64,000 nt of DNA from an uncultured archaeon. GTDB taxonomy: Archaea > Asgardarchaeota > Lokiarchaeia > Sigyniarchaeales > SOKP01. The position numbers were made by a program, and so were the translations under genes. Below are positions 40,485-50,728 of this stretch, piece by piece. Numbering within the stretch: position 1 is the stretch's first letter; each line of letters opens with the position of its first letter. The DNA lies in assembly GCA_964632315.1 (NCBI GenBank), contig CAZWEM010000006.1, forward strand, positions 1 to 64,000. Direction: 5' to 3'. Below the pieces are notes generated by a model. The model was not told the DNA's origin. It did no database searches and saw nothing but the letters and a program-made list of their open reading frames with translations.

Positions 40485-40835
40485 TCAATTTTGTAGATCG
40501 AGTAGAACAGTATTAAGACTATCAGAAGTAGTATAAATTGCATTTGGATGTTCCTTTTTCGCTTTTTTAACATCCTTTGCCTTTCCATCAACAAATACAA
40601 TCGGGATAGTTTGGATAGATTCTTCTTTTTTTATAAGATGAGCAGCATTACGTCCTTTTGAAGGAGAAGTGCTTAAGTAGATAATTATAATATCTGGTTT
40701 AAGACTTTGAATGTTCACTTTTGCATAAATCTCATCATTATATTCATAACCTACATTCCAACCCTCTTTTAAAAAAGGTTCAATATTTTCATACAGCTCT
40801 TCTTCATTCCAATCAATAACAAAAAGATTTACCAT
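40485..40835 (-). CDS. Atypical receiver-like domain protein
   Basis: LFVID, KPDIIIIYL (Tyr at the phospho-Asp position), IPIVFV. Confidence 0.65.
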   Translation of the reverse strand: MVNLFVIDWNEEELYENIEPFLKEGWNVGYEYNDEIYAKVNIQSLKPDIIIIYLSTSPSKGRNAAHLIKKEESIQTIPIVFVDGKAKDVKKAKKEHPNAIYTTSDSLNTVLLDLQN

Positions 40836-41045
40836 AATTTTTTTCTTTGAAAAATAAACCTCTAGAACTTTTTTAGTGAATAATCTAATTATCAATAAAA
40901 AGCCCTACTATATTAATAAAATTTTTGACGATGGAAATTAAGTATTTGTTGATTAAGAAGATCTAAAATTAAAAATAATTTAAAAGAATAAAAGTCTTAA
41001 TTAGAAATATAGCAGAGTTAAGAAGAAATCGAGTAAAACATTACC

Positions 41046-41891
41046 ATGATAATTTGGGTTTTAGACAGTGAATCCGGCATAAAACTTCTATATAAATCAT
41101 TTCTCAAAACAGATGCCGATGAAGATATTGTTTCTGGTTTTTTAACAGCATTTCATCATTTTTCAGTTGAAGAATTCCATCAGTCATTGGAATCCATTGA
41201 GATGGGGGGTTTGAGATGGACTTATACTTTGGAACCAAAATTTAGGCTTCTTTTTGTAGCTGCAGACAATAAAAATATTAAGACGGAAATAATCAAGGGA
41301 AAACTTAATGTTATAAAGAACTCTTTTATTAAACAATTTAAATCAGTTTGGGAGAAACGTGGTGAAACGTGGGACGGAGATCTTAATATATTTTCACCCT
41401 TTCTAACAACTCTAGAGGATTATTATCATCAATGGGAAGAAGTAGAAAGTGTAACTCAAGTTGCAGATTTTTTTGATATTTTAGGAATTTTTCAACAAAT
41501 TCTTATCTTATTGAGAAATATGGTTGAAAAGCGGATGTATAGTAAATCAAAAACGAAAATTCTAGATCGTATTGAAGAAGAATATAATAGAATAAGTGAG
41601 AAAGATGAGTTTAAAGAGCAAGATGAACTTAATAACATCACTTTTTCAAAGGACTCTTGGTTCAACTTAATTGATATAAATTTAATAAAGTGCGAAAAAG
41701 AAATAGTCATCAATTTTTTGAAGTCTATGGTTAAATCCGTAGTAAGAATTTTAATGGAAGTAAAGGGAAGAAATAATTGCTTAAAATATTTTAGTGAAGA
41801 AAAAGTGTATGGTTATCTCTATAATAACATGAAGTTACTTAAGGATTTAGCTCTTGACATGTACTTTTTAGAAACTTTTCTCATTTTATAG
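41046..41891 (+). CDS. Longin-domain protein with helical C-terminus
   Basis: IWVLDSESGIxL, IVSGFLTAFxxFS, LESIEMGG, LLFVAA. Confidence 0.75.
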   Translation: MIIWVLDSESGIKLLYKSFLKTDADEDIVSGFLTAFHHFSVEEFHQSLESIEMGGLRWTYTLEPKFRLLFVAADNKNIKTEIIKGKLNVIKNSFIKQFKSVWEKRGETWDGDLNIFSPFLTTLEDYYHQWEEVESVTQVADFFDILGIFQQILILLRNMVEKRMYSKSKTKILDRIEEEYNRISEKDEFKEQDELNNITFSKDSWFNLIDINLIKCEKEIVINFLKSMVKSVVRILMEVKGRNNCLKYFSEEKVYGYLYNNMKLLKDLALDMYFLETFLIL

Positions 41892-42055
41892 ATTTAACTC
41901 TAAAATATAAATCAAGTTTGACTTATTTAATTAATTTTCTTTATAGAATACATAAAACCTCAATTATAATACATCTTTGGGGTACATATTCTTATAAGTG
42001 CTCTAATTCCTTTTTCATATAGATTTTCTATTTAATTTTAAGATAGGTGAGGTTT

Positions 42056-42163
42056 ATCGATCCTAAACAGTTATTGTTAAACATCAGCGCTGTCTTAGTT
42101 GTTATTTTATCGATTTTTATTGTAGTGTATACAGTTTTTTGGATCTTAGGATCAATACTTTAA
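42056..42163 (+). CDS. 35 aa single-TM microprotein with ATC start
   Basis: AGGTGAGG at 42045-42052; ORF reads (M)DPKQLLLNISAVLVVILSIFIVVYTVFWILGSIL. Confidence 0.45.
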   Translation: MDPKQLLLNISAVLVVILSIFIVVYTVFWILGSIL

Positions 42164-42295
42164 CTCATATTTACTCAAAATGCTTTTCTGAGATTTAACT
42201 TCCTTTAACTTTTAATAGATCAATCCTGTTTAATCAAACTAAGAATAAGATTATTCAGTAGAAAAATTTATAAGCAATTATGAGAAAAGATTCTT

Positions 42296-42736
42296 ATGCC
42301 ATATTGTCCACAATGTGGAACTAAAATTGAAGTCCAATGGAATGCTTGCCCAAATTGCGGATATGACTTAAAAAAAGAATCTAAATTGATCAAAGCAAAC
42401 AGTCAAGGAGCAAATCAACCTCATTATGAAAATTTCAATTCTGATCAACGACAATCAAATTATCCTTCTATAAGAACGTATTCAGCAAGTCAAAGCAATA
42501 TATATGGAATTATTTCGTTGATATTTGGACTTTTAGGACTTTGTTGCATTTTAGGAAGTTTTAATTTTATTTTTGGGGTGGTTGCTATTATTTTTGGCGC
42601 AATCGGTATGAATAAAGATGATAAACCCCAAATGGCAAAAGTTGGTCTTGCGCTTGGAATCATCGTTCTAGTATGTGGAATATTTATCTTTGCAATGATG
42701 CTACCATTTATGTTCTACTTTTTATCTCCCTATTAA
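42296..42736 (+). CDS. Zinc-ribbon plus DUF4190-like membrane protein
   Basis: CPQCG...CPNCG; GIISLIFG...AIIFG...AKVGLALG. Confidence 0.8.
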   Translation: MPYCPQCGTKIEVQWNACPNCGYDLKKESKLIKANSQGANQPHYENFNSDQRQSNYPSIRTYSASQSNIYGIISLIFGLLGLCCILGSFNFIFGVVAIIFGAIGMNKDDKPQMAKVGLALGIIVLVCGIFIFAMMLPFMFYFLSPY

Positions 42737-42740
42737 GAAT

Positions 42741-43811
42741 TTAAAATAAATAGGGTTCATCAATTGATAAGTATTTTTCAATAATTTCTAGTATCTCATC
42801 TTTTTTTCCAATATATCCACACAATAAATGACGAGCTTTTCCGTGGCTAGTATTCTCGATTGTTTCAAATTTATTTAATTGCAATTCTATTTCTCCGTAG
42901 TTTAATATCGGCTTATTAGGAGAGCTAGAATTGTAGGATTGAATTACGCCTATTTCTCCATCGGGACGATCTCTTGAAAGATCAAAGCAATCACCTTGCT
43001 TCTCTGGGATATCGTTGCTTAATTTGATTAGAATTCCGAATTCTTCAGAATCAGGAATTCTTATAACATAAGCGATTTTAGCATGAATTTGAAAATCTAA
43101 ATCTTCGGGACGTATAGCAAGCTTATAAATATCGTCCACATCAATTTTAAATGAAACATGATCGTTAGAAACATTCAGTCTATCTTGGGGAATAGTTCTG
43201 AAGTAAGAAAGGGGTTTCGCTTCATGTTTGGAAGGTATTAAAACCGTTCCTGGATTCTTAATACCTCCGCTTATCACGCAAGATAACGACCATCCATTTA
43301 TCTTGAGATTAGGTTTATACATCACGCAATCGTCTATTATTTCAACTCCACTATAATATTGGTAACCCGTTTTAATTGGTTCATTTATGACCCTAAATTG
43401 TCTTGTGATTTCCCCTCTTAACATTTCTTTAGTCAAGTTATTTGTCACATCTAGCGGTGTGGAAATTGTACATGATTTTTCATCTGAATCTAGTATTTCA
43501 TAATGAGCAGGATCTAATCCCTCTTGACAATACCACTCATCCCAAGTTTCTGGATTTTTATAAAAGAATTCCCTTTCAGGACTAACCCAATACCTTTCTC
43601 CTCCAATTACACGAGAATTGGATGAAATTGCATCAATAATATTTGGATTAATCCATAAAAGATTAAAATTAATATTTTGTGGAAATAGCCCTAATAAACG
43701 ACCTCCATACTCCATTATAGTGGCAGAAGAAACCTCATTTATTTCTAAATTTACTAAATTAGCTTTATTGCTTAAGGTATTGTAAAGTTTCTCTTTATCG
43801 AAGTAATTCAT
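42741..43811 (-). CDS. Conserved hypothetical protein (DUF6786-like, aldose-epimerase-like beta fold)
   Basis: YGGRLL, LWIN, GGERxWxxPE, QSYN, YGEIE. Confidence 0.55.
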   Translation of the reverse strand: MNYFDKEKLYNTLSNKANLVNLEINEVSSATIMEYGGRLLGLFPQNINFNLLWINPNIIDAISSNSRVIGGERYWVSPEREFFYKNPETWDEWYCQEGLDPAHYEILDSDEKSCTISTPLDVTNNLTKEMLRGEITRQFRVINEPIKTGYQYYSGVEIIDDCVMYKPNLKINGWSLSCVISGGIKNPGTVLIPSKHEAKPLSYFRTIPQDRLNVSNDHVSFKIDVDDIYKLAIRPEDLDFQIHAKIAYVIRIPDSEEFGILIKLSNDIPEKQGDCFDLSRDRPDGEIGVIQSYNSSSPNKPILNYGEIELQLNKFETIENTSHGKARHLLCGYIGKKDEILEIIEKYLSIDEPYLF

Positions 43812-43880
43812 ATATTTAATAAGTTTATTGATATAATAAATTTAATTTATAAAACAAAAATAGAAAAAAAAAGAAATAAG

Positions 43881-44861
43881 TTATTCGTAATCGTCAAAAG
43901 CCCAATAATGGTCTTCTTCCTGTTCGATAATATCCTCGAACATTTTCTTCGTTTTAATATCGCCAAGTTTAGTTGCTTCACTGATTATTTTACGATATAA
44001 CATAATCGCGTAATTTTCAGCTTCTTTATCAAGCTTAATAAAATCTTCTGGGCTTGCTCCAATTTCTGGTTTTGGATCTACATCAGCAGTAGCTTCTCTA
44101 TCGATTTCATAAATTCTTTCAGCAATGTGTTCCATATGCTCCATCTCTTGCATAAATGTAGTTTTAAGAAGATCAGAAATTACACTTGCTTTATTCTTAC
44201 CAGTTGCAACTTCTAAAGCAGCTTTCTTTTTCCTTAATCCTGCTAATCCATCTGCTTTTTCATGTTGGTTGGTATATTGAATAATAGCCGAAATCTCACT
44301 AGCTAACGCCTTATTGAGCATATTAATGTATTCTTGAGTAAATATCGATCTCCACTCCGACTCAGCAGGATCAGGGATATTGGGCTCATCTTCCATTTCT
44401 GCATAATCTTGGAACACAAGTAAGTGTTCTTCTTCTTCTGAATAAATTTTAGAAAACATTTGCCATGTATCTCGGTCTCCAACTTCTCGAGCGGCTTTAA
44501 TAACTTCACGATATAACTCCAGCGCTTCTTCTTCAGCTTTAAGTGCCAATTGTGCCATCTCTTTCATTGTTTCCCCGATTTTTATCTTATCCGGTTTAGT
44601 GGTTGAGACTCCTCCCAGAATATAGATTCTTTCCATAATATCAGCTAAATGCTTCATTTCCTGAATAGAAAAATCTTTAAGTATCTTTCCAAATTCATCG
44701 TAAGTAGTTGTTTCTAAAAGATAATTCTCTTTTACAATTTTCCTAAGCAATTTTTCCATCTTTGCATGTTGAAGCATATACTGGGCTGAAACTTGGATCT
44801 CTCTTGCTACAGCTTGATTTAACAAAGCAATATATTCTTCAGTTACTTTAACTGGAACCAT
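43881..44861 (-). CDS. Tandem two-domain bacterioferritin-like protein
   Basis: Two repeats of LN.A...E...QY..H / EMxH...ERI / E..A..LY / EExH. Confidence 0.88.
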   Translation of the reverse strand: MVPVKVTEEYIALLNQAVAREIQVSAQYMLQHAKMEKLLRKIVKENYLLETTTYDEFGKILKDFSIQEMKHLADIMERIYILGGVSTTKPDKIKIGETMKEMAQLALKAEEEALELYREVIKAAREVGDRDTWQMFSKIYSEEEEHLLVFQDYAEMEDEPNIPDPAESEWRSIFTQEYINMLNKALASEISAIIQYTNQHEKADGLAGLRKKKAALEVATGKNKASVISDLLKTTFMQEMEHMEHIAERIYEIDREATADVDPKPEIGASPEDFIKLDKEAENYAIMLYRKIISEATKLGDIKTKKMFEDIIEQEEDHYWAFDDYE

Positions 44862-44956
44862 TTTAATCACGTTTTATCTAAATTGGATAATTAGTGATTA
44901 ATTATCATTAATTAAATTTTTACCATTATAAGTTATAATTTTTCAAAGAAGTAAAT

Positions 44957-45223
44957 TTATCCCCATTCACATCGATAACCTTTACCATTCTTTGGCCAAT
45001 TAAATTCTATAGCATTCACTTCACAAACATACCAACAAGCCGCACATTCCATGCAATTTTCAAGATTTTTAATTTTGGCTTTTTTTTCTTTTAGCTCAAA
45101 ACAACCTCCTAAGCAAATTATCACGCAATTTGCGCATCCTATGCATTTTCTCTCGTCAATATTGATAAAATCTTTTGTATTTTCATACCATTCTACCCCA
45201 GGAAATCTTTCTGAAGTTTTCAA
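44957..45223 (-). CDS. Ferredoxin (FixX-like)
   Basis: CIGCANC..IC and CMECAAC..VC, W.P..GKG; overlaps the stop of the upstream gene. Confidence 0.9.
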   Translation of the reverse strand: MKTSERFPGVEWYENTKDFINIDERKCIGCANCVIICLGGCFELKEKKAKIKNLENCMECAACWYVCEVNAIEFNWPKNGKGYRCEWG

Positions 45224-46848
45224 TGAGTCGCACCCCTTTGAATGGATCTAATAATCTTATTACTTAATTTTTCTGCCCAATGTTGGGTTATATTAATTAA
45301 AAAATGATAAATAGGTTCTATAAACTTGAGTGACTTTTTCATCAAATTATTTGCTGATTCTGTAATTGGATACAGTATCCAAAGATATAATTTTCTAATC
45401 TTTACAAAAAACTTGAGAGTAGCATTTAATCCATTGAATAGAAGAGAAAGAGTTTTTGCTTTTTCTAAATTATTTAGGTCTTGATGATTAGAGTAATCGT
45501 ATCTTTCAAAGATCCAATTCTTAAAATATCGAAAATACATTTTTAACCATTTTGAGATAACAGTAGGATCTTGGGAAAGAGATCTTAAAATCATTTGCAA
45601 AAAAGGAGTTGTGAATGTTGTTAAAGATCCTAATCCCCATCCATCGTGTATGTATCTCTTTAACATTCGTTCATCGTGATTTTCTTGAGCGAATCTGAGA
45701 TTGTATCGATTTTTTGCTTTAATGGACCACTGTATTATTGGATGATTCTTAATCTCATCATTATATTTCGCTAAAAAATTAGCTGAGGTATCGTTTTCTT
45801 TAATCGCCATAATTGCAATCTTCGCGGCAATCTCCGCTGAGAACCAGGCTGCAGGCACGCCATCACATAATTCTGTACTTTCTAGTCCCGCTGCATCTCC
45901 GATTAAAATTATTCCATCGCCATAATTAGGCAGTTTTCTTAAATTGTCATCCAATCCCACATAAATTTCAAAACCTTCCCACATTCGAGCTCTTAGTTTG
46001 ATAAAAGGGGCTACTTCATCTTTCCACCAATCTAAATTAGAAGTAATATTTTGGTGATAAATATCAAACATTCTTTTAAGATTTTGTACTTTATTTCCAA
46101 TTTTTAAACATTGATCTTGCATGAAATGCAAGCTATTTCTATAAGGCCAGACCATTAATCCGTTACCATAACCCAACGGTGGCGAGATTTTCAATTCATC
46201 CCATGCCCAACACATTTTCACGGAATAACCAAAAACTTTATCAATGATTCGTTTAGGCATGATATAATCATAGGTATCAGCTAAGGAAATAGTCTCAGGA
46301 GGATATTTAGTTCTAATTCCCGATTTAATCGCAACTAATCCTTGAGAACCTTCTGCATCTATTACTATTTTCGAGTAAATTTTTTCTCCTTTATCAGTAA
46401 TAATCCCTATTATTTTTGTATCTTCCTTAATCACATCGATGACAGTAGTCGATGTTCTTAATTCTGCTCCTGCTTCACAAGCCTTTTTTGCTAACCACTC
46501 ACAAAAGGGTTTACAATAAGTATGATAACCAAAAGCTATTATAGGAGATAAGGGTTTAGGAATCTTTAATGAGTCATCGATCTCAATACCATCATTATTA
46601 AAATTTTTAATGATATAATTGACTATACCATCTGCTGGCCTTTCAAAGGGAGGATTTCCTTCAATAATAAATTTCGGTCCAAATAAAAATCCATAAAATG
46701 GGATTGTAAGTCCAGAAATAACTTTTTCTCCCACATTTTGGGATCTCTCTAAAATTAGAATCTTTAAACCAGCATCAGCACACAATTTAGCTGCAACTGG
46801 ACCTCCAAAACCAGCCCCAATTACGATTATATCATAATCAAAAATCAT
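45220..46848 (-). CDS. FAD-dependent oxidoreductase, FixC/geranylgeranyl reductase family
   Basis: GAGFGG, ER...GEK..SG, DAEG, GDAAG. Confidence 0.82.
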   Translation of the reverse strand: MIFDYDIIVIGAGFGGPVAAKLCADAGLKILILERSQNVGEKVISGLTIPFYGFLFGPKFIIEGNPPFERPADGIVNYIIKNFNNDGIEIDDSLKIPKPLSPIIAFGYHTYCKPFCEWLAKKACEAGAELRTSTTVIDVIKEDTKIIGIITDKGEKIYSKIVIDAEGSQGLVAIKSGIRTKYPPETISLADTYDYIMPKRIIDKVFGYSVKMCWAWDELKISPPLGYGNGLMVWPYRNSLHFMQDQCLKIGNKVQNLKRMFDIYHQNITSNLDWWKDEVAPFIKLRARMWEGFEIYVGLDDNLRKLPNYGDGIILIGDAAGLESTELCDGVPAAWFSAEIAAKIAIMAIKENDTSANFLAKYNDEIKNHPIIQWSIKAKNRYNLRFAQENHDERMLKRYIHDGWGLGSLTTFTTPFLQMILRSLSQDPTVISKWLKMYFRYFKNWIFERYDYSNHQDLNNLEKAKTLSLLFNGLNATLKFFVKIRKLYLWILYPITESANNLMKKSLKFIEPIYHFLINITQHWAEKLSNKIIRSIQRGATH

Positions 46849-46928
46849 AATATTACCCCAATTAAATCAAAGAATAATATTATATCTCTAAATGAGTTTT
46901 TAAATGTTTCAATCGCAAATGTAGAAAT

Positions 46929-47648
46929 CTAATTTTTAGATGCTGTTTTTATTGTCATTGAAATCGATTCATCATAGGTTTGACCCTCTACTGAACAATG
47001 ACAAGGCATATCACCTGAGGTAAAAAGTTCAGTAAAATATCCTAACCAGTATTCTGAATATCTTTTATTTTGCCTATGTCTAAAGAATAAATGATATTCA
47101 TTTGGGTTATCTTGGGTTAAATCGATCGTGTAAAAATAATTCGCTACTACCCATATTTTTTGAATAGTCTTGACGATTTGCTCAATGGAAAGACTTTTCA
47201 GTGGCCTAGAATTGTTGTACCACATGATTAATTCTATCGCTACATTTTTCTTAAAAGGTCTATCTAATGAATCGGAAGGTTCTGCTGCAGCATGGATTAA
47301 TTGATTAAATGTAGTTTTTCCGATGAGCATCATTTTCATCTCATCACGAGCCCGTATCCAAATATCTCGATCAGCTGCTTTAAGTTCACCATAATATTTT
47401 ATGATTCTTTCTAAAAATTCCATGGTAGATTCATCTTGTTCTTTATATTTTTCAATTATTGCATGTACTTCAGGGGATAGAGATTCATATGCGTCATACA
47501 TCTTAACTGAATCTCTTATAAGATTTGAGATAGTTGTACCTAATTCTTTATAATTATCTATGATTGCTCTTGTTTCATCCGATACCTTCACATAAATTGG
47601 CTTGTCTTTCATTTCTGATTCTTTTAGTTCTTCTTCATCTTTGGACAA
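46929..47648 (-). CDS. Putative regulator: RHH-like N-terminus and V4R-like C-terminus
   Basis: PIYVKVSDE...TISNLIRDSV; C-terminal alpha/beta domain; AGGTGA SD before the TTG start. Confidence 0.55.
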   Translation of the reverse strand: MSKDEEELKESEMKDKPIYVKVSDETRAIIDNYKELGTTISNLIRDSVKMYDAYESLSPEVHAIIEKYKEQDESTMEFLERIIKYYGELKAADRDIWIRARDEMKMMLIGKTTFNQLIHAAAEPSDSLDRPFKKNVAIELIMWYNNSRPLKSLSIEQIVKTIQKIWVVANYFYTIDLTQDNPNEYHLFFRHRQNKRYSEYWLGYFTELFTSGDMPCHCSVEGQTYDESISMTIKTASKN

Positions 47649-48049
47649 TAAATCACCTTTTTTTATACTATTTTTACTCTCTTCTAACAGAATATATATT
47701 TTTATATTAATAAATTTTAAGCTTTTTGATTATTAGAAAAGGTGAATGAATCGATCCAAAGATAATATATATAGGTGTATATACTCTTTTTGTCGCAAAT
47801 ATTTAAAAAAAATAACTTTTAGGTATATATTCTAATATATTATTATACTCTCTAGATTATTGATTATGACACTATTATATCAAGTATTAAAAGTCATTCG
47901 AAAGATTTAAATATATGGATATATCTAATTATATATGAATCTATAAGTATTAAAAATAGAATATACCCTAAAAATAAGTAAGAAGAATTGCCCATTTATA
48001 AGGGTTTAATATTAATAAAGTAAAATTATCAAAATATATAATTTAAAAA

Positions 48050-48427
48050 ATGGCTAGAAATAATCCCGCTGCAGGATGTATTTGTGCAATGTTTGGTTTA
48101 ATTTTTATTGGCTTTTTTTTGATAAGACTGCCTTTTATGCTTTATTCTCTTTTTCCAATGGTTATCTTCATAATAATTATATTCAGTATTCTTATTAGTG
48201 CGAGTTCCCGTAGACAAAGGAAAATTAGAATTAATGAACTGAATCCTCAAATCCCAAAGTTTAATCCTTATAGGATAGATAATTCAGAGCCAAAACAGGT
48301 TCAAATCCAAAATAAGAAACTTGATTCAAACGTTAATCAAAAAGTAAGGTTTTGTCATTTTTGTGGGACTAAACTTGAACAAGACGCCATTTTCTGTCAT
48401 GCATGTGGGATCAAAATAGAGAGATGA
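48050..48427 (+). CDS. 2-TM protein with C-terminal zinc ribbon
   Basis: FCHFCG...FCHACG. Confidence 0.8.
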   Translation: MARNNPAAGCICAMFGLIFIGFFLIRLPFMLYSLFPMVIFIIIIFSILISASSRRQRKIRINELNPQIPKFNPYRIDNSEPKQVQIQNKKLDSNVNQKVRFCHFCGTKLEQDAIFCHACGIKIER

Positions 48428-48640
48428 TAATATAAATGAAATCTAATTTACTAAAAAATAATGATTTTGATTTAGCAAGACTTTATTTTTATAATCCGGG
48501 GGCGGAAATCGACAATTCGTTCTATCTAAAGAAAACTTTGGATTGGGGGGTAATAAGCTTTTTTACCCCCAATCCAATTAAATCTTTACGTGAACATTTA
48601 AATATTTTAGATAACAAGCATCTTTGGAAGTGGTGTTAAA

Positions 48641-49411
48641 ATGGATCTTTATGATATTTTTTTTAACATTTGTCTTGGTCTTTTCATTGGTGGAATTATA
48701 ATGTCAATAATTTCTTTCATACTTTCTGAAATTCCTACCCATGATAATGTGGATCATATAGATCACGTTGATCACGTAGATAACTTCGACCATATTGATC
48801 ACATCGATCATATCGATCACGTGGATCATCTTGACCATGTGGACCATCCTGATCATGTGGATCACTTAGATAATTTTGACCATGTGGACCATATTGATCA
48901 CGTAGATCATCCAGATCATGTGGATCATGTAGACCACCCAGATAATTTGGATCATGTGGATTCAAATATCCAGGAAACTATAACTCCAGCACCATTCATG
49001 TTATTATTATCTTCAGGGTTATTAGTTTTTGGGATATCAGGTATCGCAAGCTACTATGTATTAAGTGGGAACTTCAGGTTATTCATGCTTATAATAGCTC
49101 CTATCGTAACAATTCTTATAACGAAACTGATTTCTAAGGTTTGGTTAAAGATTGCAAAATCAGTTCATTATACAATATCGTCTACCCAAAATCTACTTGG
49201 AAAATCAGGGGAGGTCGTATTAACAGTTGATGAGCATGGAGGAGTAATAAAAATTCCCTCAGATAATCCCATGAAAACAGAAAAACTTCACGTGATGCCT
49301 TATACAGCGGGAAATGTCTATGAGGATGGAGAAAAAGTATATATTGTTGGTGTGACTAATAAATTTTTGTTAGTAGATAAAAATTTCAAGGTAAATCATA
49401 AAAAAAATTAA
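48641..49411 (+). CDS. NfeD-like (YuaF/YqiJ-type) membrane protein with a long Asp-His-X repeat
   Basis: 3 TM segments, C-terminal OB-like LLGKSGEV...G.KVYIV; directly upstream of an SPFH gene. Confidence 0.82.
   Translation: MDLYDIFFNICLGLFIGGIIMSIISFILSEIPTHDNVDHIDHVDHVDNFDHIDHIDHIDHVDHLDHVDHPDHVDHLDNFDHVDHIDHVDHPDHVDHVDHPDNLDHVDSNIQETITPAPFMLLLSSGLLVFGISGIASYYVLSGNFRLFMLIIAPIVTILITKLISKVWLKIAKSVHYTISSTQNLLGKSGEVVLTVDEHGGVIKIPSDNPMKTEKLHVMPYTAGNVYEDGEKVYIVGVTNKFLLVDKNFKVNHKKN
48743..48958 (+). repeat. Coding tandem repeat: 24 x 9 nt encoding D-[H/N]-[V/I/L/P/F]
   Basis: Counted directly; units vary at synonymous positions. Confidence 0.95.
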
Positions 49412-49471
49412 TTCAATTAAGTAAAAAAAATATAAATAAAAAAAATAAAAAAATTTAGGAGGAAGGAAGAA

Positions 49472-50641
49472 ATGATATTTCAAGCAATAAATGGAGTTTT
49501 AATTGCAGTTATTGTGACTTCAATCATAATTTTCTTTCTGTTTGTAATATTCCTTGCCACGCGATATCGAAAGTTTAAAACGAATCAATTTGTGATACAT
49601 TTACGTAATGGAAAGGTAAGAAGTGCAGGTCTTGGTGGAAGTATCTGGTTATTGCCATTAATTGATGAGTATATCGTAATACCTACAACTAGTATTCAGA
49701 CGATCTTAGAAGCTCATGAGCAAGTCGTCTCAATGGAGTACCAAAACATTTCGATTGTAGGAATGTTAATTTGGAAAGTCATCGATCCTGAAAAAGCATT
49801 CAGTGCAGTATCGTGGGTTCCTAGGGATGACCATTATGTGGAAAAGATATTAAAAAATGCTGCGGAAGCAATAATTAGAACTACCTGTGCTAATATGCCC
49901 CTTGAAAAAATAATAAGAGAACGTCGTGAAATAATCGAGCATGTTAGTAAAGAATTGCATGAACTTACTGCTGATTGGGGGGTATTTATTGAATCCATAG
50001 AAATTAGGGAAGTAAATATCCTTGAACCCGAACTGAAGAAGAATATGGAAGCTACTAAACAAGCGATTGAGTTTCGGAAAGCACGGATCGCAAAAGCAGA
50101 TGCCGAGAGAGAATCAAGAATGAAAGAATTAGAAGTTCAAAACCAAGTCGGAACGCAAGAACAGGATGTTCAAAGAGATATTGAACTACGTAGAAAAAGT
50201 AAAGAAATTGCTATTGCTGAGCAAGAAAGAGAACGAAAGAAGATTGAGGCTGATGGAGATCGTCAAAAGAAGGTAATTGAAGCTGAAGCAGATGCGGCTC
50301 AGATTAGAAAGAGATTGGTTGCCCAAGCAGAGGGTGAAGCTGCAAGTATTAAACAACAAATGTTAGCTCAAGCAGAAGGTTTTCAGAAACAAGTAGATGC
50401 AATGTCCAGTGCTGATGAAAGATTTTTAGCAGTGCAATTGACAAACATCTTACCCGAGATCTTTAAAAATATAAGTCCTGATAAAATGTTTGTTATGGGA
50501 AATGGGGAAGAATCTTTTTCAAGCTTGTCAAAAGCTATTTTACCGTTTTTACAGCTCTTACCAGAATACTCAGACAAGATCAAGAAGATTTTCGGTAATG
50601 GAGAAAGTATCAAGATTGGAGAAGTATTAAGTCACAAATAA
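49472..50641 (+). CDS. SPFH/flotillin-family protein
   Basis: N-terminal TM, band-7 domain (WGVFIESIEI), AEA-rich coiled coil. Confidence 0.92.
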   Translation: MIFQAINGVLIAVIVTSIIIFFLFVIFLATRYRKFKTNQFVIHLRNGKVRSAGLGGSIWLLPLIDEYIVIPTTSIQTILEAHEQVVSMEYQNISIVGMLIWKVIDPEKAFSAVSWVPRDDHYVEKILKNAAEAIIRTTCANMPLEKIIRERREIIEHVSKELHELTADWGVFIESIEIREVNILEPELKKNMEATKQAIEFRKARIAKADAERESRMKELEVQNQVGTQEQDVQRDIELRRKSKEIAIAEQERERKKIEADGDRQKKVIEAEADAAQIRKRLVAQAEGEAASIKQQMLAQAEGFQKQVDAMSSADERFLAVQLTNILPEIFKNISPDKMFVMGNGEESFSSLSKAILPFLQLLPEYSDKIKKIFGNGESIKIGEVLSHK

Positions 50642-50728
50642 TCTTTTTTTTTATATATTTAATAATTCCAGATATCAAATTACTTGAGAAATTGAAGTAA
50701 AAGTGAAATAAGAGGGGATGAAGCATAC

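Noticed and set aside
47689-47969. Recurring TATAT(T/A)CT-like words as RHH operators
   Set aside because: The region is extremely AT-rich and matches are loose, so they cannot be distinguished from chance.
48436-48639. 67 aa ORF upstream of the NfeD-like gene
   Set aside because: No recognisable motif; it may be real but cannot be supported.
48735-48965. Repeat array as CRISPR, and the antisense 76 aa ORF
   Set aside because: 9-nt in-frame coding units with no spacers; the antisense ORF is a by-product of the repeat.
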